Below are positions 38,401 through 50,400 of a stretch of 64,000 bases of DNA, in pieces. The stretch is from contig NC_092677.1 in NCBI RefSeq assembly GCF_964355755.1, forward strand, positions 4,982,101-5,046,100, given 5' to 3'. The notes below the pieces were generated by a model that saw nothing but the letters and a program-made list of their open reading frames with translations, was not told where the DNA came from and did not search any database. The translations under genes and the position numbers were made by a program. Numbering within the stretch: position 1 is the first letter of the stretch; every line of letters begins with the position of its first letter. Origin of the DNA: Antedon mediterranea. Lineage: Eukaryota > Animalia > Echinodermata.

Positions 38401-41400
38401 AAATCTTCAGGATTCCTTTACTCAAATTTCAGGTTGATTCGAGCAATTTTACTTATAACATTGCATGACCTTGGGTGGTGCTCTCCTCAATATCGTATTC
38501 ATATTTACCCTATCATCAATTAATTTTTTCTGAAAGTTTCAGTTCAATCGGAGCAGTTTTAAAATTTGAGATTGATGACCTAACAAATGCAAAATTGTTT
38601 TTATACAGAGCTGCATCCACCCACCAAGATTTTTACACCCAAGGTCATTGCATGACTTTCAGTGCACCTCTACGATATCAAATTTATACTCACCCTATCC
38701 TCAGGGTTGTTTTCCTCAAGTTTCTGATCAGAGCAATTTTAAAATTTTGAGATCATGGCCTTTGAGCCTGAAGACCTAACGAACGCAAATTCGTTCTTCC
38801 CACTACCCACCAAGTTTGAAGACCGTGTAACCCCTAGTCTCTGAATATACACAGACAGGCCGTCAGACAGACAGAAAGACACACAGTGATTTTGTGAAAT
38901 TCAGTTCCGTTCGGTTGCTTGACTGTTGGCGTGGGCACTTTCACGCAACTAGTTCCTTTCAGTTGAGTTAAGCTAAAATTTAGGACTATTGGTTTGCTAT
39001 GGACTACTGAAAAATTGCTTTTGCGCAGAATGCCATGATATAAAGTATTTCAAACTTTCATATCCAAATTTGTGTCCATGAATTTAACCACACTCACTAT
39101 TCATCATGGTATATATAGGTATATTTTTACACAAATTTGTTTACCTAATTGACAGTCTACATGTCGTTATTTTGCATTTTGGAAAATGGAATTTATAACA
39201 GAAAGTATGAACAATCATTTGCAAAAATGGTCTTTCTATGCTACGCCCAACAATTTTGGACACAAATGTTTTATTAGCTATGGAAAATCAAATTCCAAGG
39301 GAGTCGCTATTCTGCTAAATAACAATTTCGAATACTCCATAAATGATGTTAAAAAAGATAACTATGGTAATTGGATCGCGATCAACATTAGAGTGAGAGA
39401 TATTGACTTAATAATAATGAATGTTTACGGACCTAATAAAGATGATCCTCCTTTCTATCAGGAAGTTAAAAAAGTGATCGAATTATTCACTAGCCCTTAT
39501 ATTCTGATTTGCGGTGACTGGAATCTAGTTCAAAATGAAAATCTAGACCTATTTAACTATCGACATGTAAATAATCCTAAAGCTAAAACAATTGTACAAC
39601 AAATTATGCTATCTATGTGACGTATGGAGGAAAAAAAAACCCAAACGAGAAGCGCTATACGTGGCGATCAAAAAATCCTTTTAAACAAGCAAGGCTTGAT
39701 TACTTTTTGACCTCAAACAATTTATTGCACCTAGTGTCAAATGCAAACATCCTACCAAATATAAGTCTGATCACTCAATAGTGACAATAACACTTGATTT
39801 TAAAAAGTATAGAAAGAGGAAAGGGGTTTTGGAAATTTAATAATTCACTTCTCCATGACCAAGGTTATGTTACACTCATAAGACCCAGAGAATAATAAGT
39901 TAAATCTAACTATAAATGACCAACAATTTTTTAGGTGTTGCTTTGCAATATTCGTGGAGGTACAATAAAATATAGTTCAAGAAAAAATAAAGCCATTCGT
40001 AATGTGGAAAAAGAATTAATTAATAACATACAAGAGATGGAAAACGATCTCGCACAACAAACATTAGATATTACAGTCACAGAACAAAGAGTAAAAGAAA
40101 TTGAACAAAAAAAAGCACGCCTAGAAGACATTCAAAACGAAAAGCTAAAGGGGGCATTTATTAGATCTCGTGCTAAGTGGATAGAAGAGGCTGAAAAGCC
40201 AACCAAATTTTTCTTAGGTCTCGAGAAAACTAACTTTACGAACAAATTAATAGACGAATTAATAGATGAAGAAAAAAAAACTATATTGGACAATAAACTT
40301 ATAATAAAGGAAGTTGAGCATTTTTACAGTTCTTTATATAAAAAAAAAGATATAGAGCAAATAGATTTAAACGTATTAATAAACAACCAGAACTTCGAAA
40401 AAGTTTCAGAAGAAGAATCTCAAAAGCTCGAGAGTGAATTGACCTTAGCTGAGCTTACAAATGCACTCAATAAAATGAAAAACAACAAATCACCTGGAAC
40501 AGACGGGTTTACGTCTGAATTTTTCAATATTTTTTGGGGGAAACTGGGTGCTCTACTTCTTCGTTCTTTGAAATATGGCTTTAAAACTTGTAACCTTTCA
40601 GTCACTCAAAAACAGGGAGCAATCACTCTAATCTCAAAGGCGAATAAATCAAGAAAAGAATTAAAAAATTGGCGTCCTATATCTTTATTAAATGTTGCTT
40701 ACAAAATTGCTTCATCGGCCATAGCAGAGAGGCTAAAATCTGTCCTTCCAAATATCATTAATGAAAACCAAGCGGGATTTATAAAAGGTAGATATATTGG
40801 AGAAAATGTTCGTATTTTATATGATATCCTCTCACTCTATGACGAAAAAAACCTACCTGGTCTCGTATTACTGGTAGATTTCGAGAAAGCTTTTGATTCC
40901 CTGGCGTTCAAATTTATTGATAAGTGTTTGACCTTCTTTAATTTTAGACCAACTCTTAAGAAATGGTGTAGACTTTTTTACACGAATATCTCTTCATGCG
41001 TTCTAGTTAATGGACACCCCAGCAATTTTTTCAATATTGAAAGAGGTTGCAGACAGGGCGATCCGCTATCTCCATACCTATTTATTCTGGGAGTGGAAAT
41101 TCTAAACATGATGGTACGCCAAAATATTAATATTAAAGGAGTAACAATTGATACGGCTCACACAAATCACTTACTGAATGCATGAGTACACTTTCAAAAT
41201 TTGAAAAGATGTCTGGTTTAAAAATTAACATTTCTAAATCCAAAGCAATATGGTTTGGATTAAAAAAGTTCTCGAGTGAACAAATTAATACTAATTCAAA
41301 TCTTGACTGGTGTGATAAAGGCTGTTTTGATTTTTTGGGTGTTACATTTGACTTAGAAATAAGCAAAATGACTAAAATAAATGTTGAAGAGATAACTGGT

Positions 41401-44400
41401 AAAATTAGGTCTACTATCAATGTGTGGCGTAAGAGAAATCTTACTGTGTTGGGAAGATTAACTGTGTTAAAATCTCTAATACAGTATTATCAAAACTTAA
41501 TTATATTTTCACAATGTTGCCAAACCCTACTACAGCTTATCTAAATGAACTTAATAGGATGTTTTTTAATTTTGTCTGGAAGGGAAAGGATAAAATCAAA
41601 AGAAATAAGCTAATTAGAGAGTATAAGGATGGCGGAATTAACATGATTGATATCTTCAGTTACATAAAGGCAGTTAAGATTAGTTGGATGCGAAGAATTC
41701 GTAACAACACACTGGAATTCTCAATGTAGTTTTCAACAAAATATGCCATGGTAAAAAAACTGAATCAATCTTTGAATACGGCTCATGCATGATTCAGAGG
41801 CTGTCGAAAAATATGAACAATTTGTTCTGGAGAGATGTTCTCCATTCATGGTCCGAGTTTATTGCTATTCATAATTCAACGGCATCTACAAACTATAATG
41901 TACTAAAATAACCAATATGGTTGAATGATTCGATTCTAATCAATAACTTTCCAATTTTTTACACCAATTATTATGAGTGTGGCGTAAGGTTCATAAATGA
42001 TTTAATCTCGGATAGAGGAACCTTGCTTAGTTATGAAAACTTTAAAACACACTATAAGGTGAAAAAAAATAATTTCGTTAAATACTATGGATTAATTGAT
42101 GCAATTATAACTAAATACCCTTCTTTGGGTACAGAAATAAATACTAAATTACAAAACCCAATAAATTTACCCATACTTGAAACCATAACCAAACCCCAAA
42201 CAGGATGTAAAGGTTTTTATCGTAAGTTTATTCAAAACAAAGACTTTAACTGTAAAGCTAAACAAAAGTGGGGTAAAATCTTAAATGTTGAATTCTCGGA
42301 ACATGAATGGGAAGAAATTAATGTTGCAACTTTTAATGTGACCGACAACGTAAAATTACGATGGTTCCAATACAGACTTAACAACAGTATCCTCACAACT
42401 AAAGTTTACCTTAAGATTATTAAGTACATCGACGAAGATAACTGCTCCTTTTGTAACATTAGAAGAGAAACAGTTTATCATTTATTCTGTAAATGTAATA
42501 TCAGTAGATGGATAAGCAATTTTTTTTTTCAATGGTGTTCTCGAAATCCTGATATTCGTATATGTGTATCGGAAAGTGAACTGCTTTTTAGTAATACACC
42601 ATCCAATAGGATTAATTTACTTTTGTCAATACTAAAGTTGTATATATATAAGAGTAAGTTTTCGGGCCTCCTCTCACCCACCGGCCTCATAAGCTTTGTA
42701 AAATATTACTTTACAATTAAAAAGTTTAGATGTTTGATTAATAATAGAGCCGAAGAATGGGAAGAGTGGAGTGCCTGGGATAATCTTCTGTAACATAGAT
42801 TTGTATCACTCTATATCCTGACTTGATGTGCACAACTATATTTATTTTATAAGAAGGTGTTTATATAGGAGAATTGATTTTGTATAATTTTTCTATTTTT
42901 TTGTATTTCAATGTATTAAAGACAGATTGAAAAAAAAAAAAAAAACAATTTTGAAATGGTCGGTCGGTAAACACTAACTCAAATTTGAGCACGCTACTGC
43001 AGCCATGTATATGGCCATGTTTTTATAGAAGAATTATACTTTGAATTTGTTCATTATTGTTAGCTCAAGAGTATGAGGTGGATGAAACAACACCTTTGGG
43101 TCAAGCAGCAGCAAGAGGTACTACTGAAAGAGAATCTGAAAAGAAACCAACATCAATGTATGCAACTACCACAACTGCAGAATTGTCAACGTCTACTAGA
43201 ATAAAGTTACCATGTAAGCCTACTTCAAAGTGATAGTATAAGGTGCAGCTGGGTAAACTGGATGTTCCTGGATTTCTATATATCTGAATGTCTCTTGTCA
43301 CGGAAGAATACAATTTTAAGCCCACTTTTTTGTTGTCGTAGGGTCTAATTGTCCTAGAGGAGTAGTTGTCCTATGGGGTACATTGTCAGAATGTGAACTG
43401 CTTTTTTTTAATGAATATAAACAGAAAACACAAAGTACATATTTTTTATTTATATGATCTTTTATTTATCCTGACATTTTTTTTTTGTAGATCTCATCAG
43501 AATGGATATTCCTGATGTTATTACTAATGAGGGTGTGAATTATGTTAAATTGATATTATTCCTAACATGGCGTGATGATTCTGCTAAAATATCCAGTATC
43601 AAATGGTATAAGCAAGATAAAGATGGAGCAAGGATGCTGCTGACATCATTGCAGTCACCTGATCCAACATCACGCTATCAATGTGAATATTTGGATTCAA
43701 AGTACAATGTGTGTTTTGAGGTCAAAAATGTTGTCTGTGAAGATGCAGGAGAATACATATGTGAAATGCAAGTTGAAGAAAGACAGAAAATATACAGTTG
43801 TTCAGGAAGATTAACAGTTGAAGGTAATATAAAATTAACAAGTTCAAAAAGATGTAAATGTTGTGATTTGTAGTGAGCAATGTAAATAAAGGAACAATAC
43901 ATAATTATAAAGCCACATTGTTTTATCTAATTGAAGGTCACAAACCAAATAAATACAGTACTATATGGACCTATTGCAATAATTTTGTTTGTCGGTTAAA
44001 AATGTGAAAAACAAGTTGATTTTAATAATTTAAGCAGGCAGCTATAAATACGAAGAAGGAAAGGGAAATCATGCATTGACCAGATTGCCACCCTCAGAAT
44101 AATATTGGAACAATAAATAACATGGAACAAACTGCTTTGGATGAATTTCATTGACTACGAAAAAACTTTTGACAGCTTAGACAGACCAACCTTGTGGAAG
44201 GTAATGAAGCACTATGGCATACCCCAGATAATAACCAGCAAATCATATACAGGAGTCGCATTTCAAGTTTTACATGAGAGAAGTCTTACCAGAGAATCTA
44301 AAAGCAAAACAGGTGTAAGACAAGGAGGATTGATGTCTCCATTCCTGCAATCTTGTGATAAATTGACGTGGAGTAACCACTTGGATCTCGTTATGAAGAA

Positions 44401-47400
44401 AGTAAATACTAGAATGTACTGTTTAAGACAACTAAACAAGTTCAGTGTAAATAATAATATTTTGATTACATTCTATCAGTCTATTATTGTTGGGGTTTGG
44501 AAATATTGTATTGCAGGGTGGGGTGGAAATGTTACAGAGGGAGATAAGGGTAGAATTGATTGTGTGGAAAGAAGGGTTGAGAGGATATCTGGTTTGTGTC
44601 AGCAGTCGGTGGATTCAGTTTATTGCGAGAACCTGGACAGGCTTTTTGGGATGGTGTTGAGGGATGAAAGTCATCCTGTGAATTCCGATTTAGGCAGTCT
44701 CAGGAGTGCTCATAGTGGAAGATTGCGATCCGCGGCTGCTGACACAAACCGATATCTTTTCTCCTTTCTGCCCACAGGTATCAGGAGACATCAGCGACAT
44801 TTATCCAGATGAGCACCATGAAATAATATGTAATAATATGTTCTTGTTGTGAGTTTTTAATATTGGTATTGTTGTATTGTCATGTTATTTTATATATTGT
44901 TATTATGATGTATTTGCAGACGAGCAATGTAAATTTTCTCCTTGTGGGAACGAATAAAGATTATACTTGATACTTGATACTTGATACAATAGACTGCATA
45001 ATGAAAGAAACAACACAAGGAAAAAGAAATGGGATTCAATGGACTTTATGGGAACAATTAGAAGACCTGGACTATTCTGATGACATTGTTCTGTTATCAC
45101 AGACACATCAGCAAGTGCAAACCAAAACCAGACTTCTTGAAGAAACATGAAGTATGCTTGGCTTAAATGTACATTTAGCGAAAACTAACGTAATGATGGT
45201 CAACACAAGAAATAATCAGGCAATCCAGCTAAGGAAAGGGGAAGTAGAATCAGTGGAAACTTTTACTTACCTTGGTAGCAAAGTAAACATCAGAGGAGGG
45301 ACAGAGGAAGATGTTAAAGGAAGGATTGGGAAGGCACAAGTGGCAACAATCAAGATACATCAGCACTGCAACAATTAAGATCAAAATATTCAACTCAAAT
45401 GTCAAATCAGTACTGTTATATGGATCAGAAACATGGGGAACTACTAATCAAATAATAAGGAAAATTCAAGTGTTTATCAACAAATGTCTGAGAAAGATTC
45501 TCAGAATATGGTGGCCTGAAAAAATAAGAAATGAAGATCTTTGGGTTAGTACTGGACAAGAGCCAGTGGAATTTGAGATTAGCAGAAGGAAATGGAAATG
45601 GATTGGTCACAACCTAATAAAACCAAAACACAACCTAGCTAGGCATGCCCTAACATAGATCCCCAAGGATAACGAAATAGAAGAAGCCCAAGGAACACAT
45701 GGAGGAGAGAGAACTAGAAAAGGAAGGATGCTGGCTACAACTGTCTATGCACTGTCAGGTGTAACAGGGCTTAATATATATATACAGTATATACCAGAAT
45801 GCATCACGTGCGGATTGATATTTTCATATTGCTTATGTGATGCACTCACTTTCGATCAACTTTTCTATTGTGATAATTGTTTTCATCTTTAAACGGTTAA
45901 AAATGTTCGACTTGCTATAAATACCAGCATGATATTTTCATTATGCTTAGTGATAATACTGAAATGTCAAAAGGTTCATATTTTCCTTATGGCTCAATAA
46001 TAAGGTATCATTGAATAGCAAATCAGAAGTTTCAGTTCGATGGAAGCATTTTGAAAATTTGAGATTTGACCTTGATGACCTAACGAATGCAAACGTTCTT
46101 TCTTATACCATGCTTTACCCTACCCACCAAGTTTAAAGATTTTACCAAAGTTTCAGGTCAATCAGAGCAGTTTTTAAATTTTGAGGTTTGACCATGGCCC
46201 TTGAGCCTGACGTCCTAACGAACGCAAACTTGTTCTTCCCATACATATCCACTAAGTTTGAAGACCATGCGACCCCTATTCTCTGAATAAACCCGAATTA
46301 TAGTAAGATTACATTCAGTTCCGTTCAGTTGCTCGAACGTCGTAATTTTTGACCATGAATTTAACCACATTTACTATTCATCATGCTATATATAGGTATA
46401 TTTTTAGATAAATTCGCATTAAATTACCCATTTGCAAGCCTACATTTCGTTTACATTTCATTTTACATGAATTGATATTTACACCTTAACAACTTCCATA
46501 ATACATTTTAAAAAATTGGGGTAACCAACCATCCTGAGGATCTATAACTGATTAAAAATAGGTATATTTTTTGCACAAATTTGCAAATAAAGTTAATCAA
46601 AATCAATGAAATCTACAGGTGGTATGAAAAACAAAAATCAATTGCAAAAACCATTTTTCTACGCCTTGTACGAGATGTGCGTGAGCAAAACGCAAAAAAA
46701 AAAAATAAAAAAATTTTGAAATGCTCAAAAGGACCTGAAATGTACGCACAATTGATTAGAGCATGCTATTTTTATGTCAAAAGTTGCTCCCTATTATACA
46801 CTTTCGTGTAGTTTCATTGAAACATAAATTTTTGTTCAGAATTTATGAGCAACCATAACATGTCATAAAATCGCTTGTAACTTACGCTGTGGGACTCTAT
46901 CCTCATATAACATAACATAAACAAGTTTCCTGCACATCTGCATGTTAAGTAGACAAGTTTATACGATTTTATGTTGACAGGAATTAGAGATACACGTGCA
47001 ACAAAATACTGGGGACGAAATAAGAATAAGTTTAAAAAAAAAGGATCCTGACAATAACACGGGGTTAGATTTCTTTTGTTTCTTGATGTTTTTTTTAAAA
47101 CCTATATACAAAATTTTACTTTAATTTGTTTGTTATTTTCTAGCTCAACAGTCTGAAGTGGATCCAATGACACCAGTGGGATCAGCAGGAGGTACTACTC
47201 AAAGAGAATCTGAAAAGGAACCAACATTAGTGTATGCAACTACCACAGCTACAACGTCTACTAAAAAAAAGTTACCATGTAAGCCCAGAATATTAAACGT
47301 TCAATTTGAAAGAATTCTTTCAAAGTGATAGTATAATATTCTATAGAAATGTTGAATGTAACTATTTCATGCAAAAAAATTATGAATACATAGTACAAAC

Positions 47401-50400
47401 AAAATTTCGTCAAACATTAGGTTAAAACTTGTCTGACAAAGACAGAACAACAAATACAAATAATGAATGTTTATGAGTTGAAGGATGAGAATATTTTATG
47501 AGTTAAAAGATTGACTGTTTTATTCAAGTTAAAAGATTGACTGCTCTATTTAATAACGCCAAGCTAAGTCAATCATTCAATTTATCAATTTTGTTAGTTT
47601 GCTATGTAAACTTTATGCAATTTGGTATCTATACCTTCTCAGCTGTAGATGTAACTGCATTTATATGAATTATGTACTTACATGCCAGATAATCTGAAAC
47701 ACAATAAAAAATCTCCTTGTATAGTTATAATTAATATCCATATTATTCCAAGTGGGATATCATATCATATCATATCATTTATTTCGCCAATATACAGTAC
47801 AGTACAAAGTAGGACATAAAAAAAAACATTACAAAAGTAAATCAATGAGGCCGGATTACCTAAAAGTTATAAATAAAAATAACCGTCGAGAGGCTCTCCA
47901 CATCGAAATACTTAAAAGATAAAAAGAATAACACACACAAAAAAGCATGATTTCCTATAAAATCGAGATAAAACTATAACATTTTTATAAAGTATTGTTA
48001 ATTAAATAGATAGAATTAAGAAAATATCTTTAAAATACACATAAACATTTACAGTTTAAAACAGATTGGTAAGATATTTCTTAAGGCTATGCTTAAAACA
48101 GTTTATATTAATTAATAGTTGGTCGCAGAGATCCGCAGGCAGATCTCTGAAATGTCTAACAAAAAAATTTAAGACCGAGTTATGAAATGAATCAGTCCGG
48201 GCTATAAAATTATTGCGCAACTTAAGGTTATTAACATGTCTGCAATTAATAGATAAATATTTAAAAACTTTAACATCATATAATTTGTACATACATTTGG
48301 TAACAAAATTAATACATAAATACCTAATACGATTGTTAATGGACATCAGATTAAGGCGTTTCAAACGTTCAGGGCTCTGGCTGATCTTGGGAAGCATGTA
48401 CGGGTGACCCTCCTTTGGACAGTTTCAAGAGCAGCGATGTCTTTTTTAAGAAAGGGGATCCAGGCAGGTAAACCGTAATCAATGTAGGGTCTAACTATTA
48501 AACGATATATATAGTCGCAATATAATAGCTTTATCACGACATTTGACAATGTGTCTCACAAAACCAAACATGCGATTAGATTTAGATTTAACATATTGCA
48601 CATGATCACTCCAAGTGAGTTTGCGATTCAGCTGAATTCCAAGATATTTAATGGAATTCGTAACGGGCAATCTATCATCTCCAATAAAATAATCACATGC
48701 TTGTTCAAGACGACTGTTAGATCTAGTTAAGTGCATCACAAAACATTTGTCAGTATTTAGTAGCATTTTGTTCGTCACACACCAGTTGTTAATAGCATGA
48801 AGATCCAACTGTAAAATCATTTCATCAATGGTTATCTTTGTTTCTGATGGCTCTGTACGTGAGAGTATCATATTGTTGTAACTGTGATTCAATGCAGGAG
48901 GGTAGATCGGATACAAAGAGATTAAAGAGGATTGACCCAATCACTGATCCCTGAGGAACCCCGGATTTTCCAATATATCCTCGGATGTGGAGCCCCTAAA
49001 TGTAACTCTTTGAGATCTACAGGATAGGTAGGATTTAAACCAGTCCAGCATTGAATCACAGATACCAAAATTATGTAATTTATTTAACAGAATTGTATGG
49101 CTAATTTTATCAAAAGCTTTCCGCCAATCGAGAAAAATCGCATCGATATGGGGTGGAGAACGCTCATCAAGTGTGTTTTAGACCAATCAGTTATAACATC
49201 TGTAAGTAAGGAGTAGAGTTGTGGCTTGGTGGTTATGATGCTTGGCTACCACTCCAAGGGTCCTGGGTTCAAGTCCCGTCACATTAATTAATTACAACTC
49301 CACTCCCAAAGACTTGTAATAAGACTTTGTTTATATAGAGCATCTTGTGTATAATGTTTGTGTTGTGAACTTCTGAGGGTCCCTAATGATCAGCAATTGC
49401 TGGATGGATCACCCTCATTAAATATGGTAAAAAAAAAAAAAGAAAAAAAAAGTGGTACTAGACCTGCCCTTCAAAAAGTCATGTTGTTTCTCGGAGAGAA
49501 GTGTTATTTCTTCAAGAAAAGGTCATAACTTTTGAGCAACAACCCTCTCAAGCAATTTACCAATTGTAGAACATAAAGAAATCGGTCTATTTAGAAACAT
49601 CACTATAGTCACCTGACTTATGGATTGGAATGATGTTTGCTGCCTTAATTTCAATGGGAAACACACCAGTGCTGAGAGATAGATTAAATATTTTACATAA
49701 TGGTTTAGTTATGTAGATAGCAGCAATTTTAATCGCAGGAGATTTTCCTGTTTTTAGTTTGTTAATAACAGATAATATCTCAGCACCAGTGGTTTGGATA
49801 TCAGTGAAATTGGGGTAGCCAGCATGCGAAATACAAGAATTATTTAAAAGGTGGTCAGGGTCGTCATGAGTAAAATTAGCTGAGAATCTTTTATTGAAGG
49901 CCTCAGCTATGATCTTTGGGTTGTTGACACAATTACACTCGATGACAAAGGTATCAGTGCCGGGTTTAGCTCTGGAGCTTCTAACGAAGGACCAGAACTG
50001 TTTACAATGGTCAATTTTTAAGGAAAGGTTATTTAGATAACTTTTATACGAATTTTTAATTTTAGATTTCAAGTCATTACGAATACGTTTGTATCTATCC
50101 CACTTGTCGTTATTTACAGACCTAATAGCTGCTTTATAAAATCTATTCTTTTTTATAATTAAACTAAGAATCTTGAGATCCAAGGTTTTTTAGGGCGCCT
50201 TTTGGCCGACCTTAGGGGCACAACATCATTAATAGCTGCAATAAATTTACATTTAAAGTTTAACCACAACTCATTCACGTCAGTGGAATCACAGTTCCAG
50301 TTAATATTTGCGAATTTTTCAATAAAACTTTGGGGACAAATTTTAGAATAATCATAAAAAATACCCGTTGGTCTTGAAATGTTCTCCTTTAAGATACGAA

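Noticed and set aside
44141-44812. 223-aa ORF as a novel RT fusion gene
   Set aside because: Chance in-frame junction of an RTE fragment and a nested LINE 3' end; no complete RT.
49216-49290. tRNA gene
   Set aside because: The A and B boxes belong to a SINE head with body and A-tail, and a second decayed copy lies at 6141.
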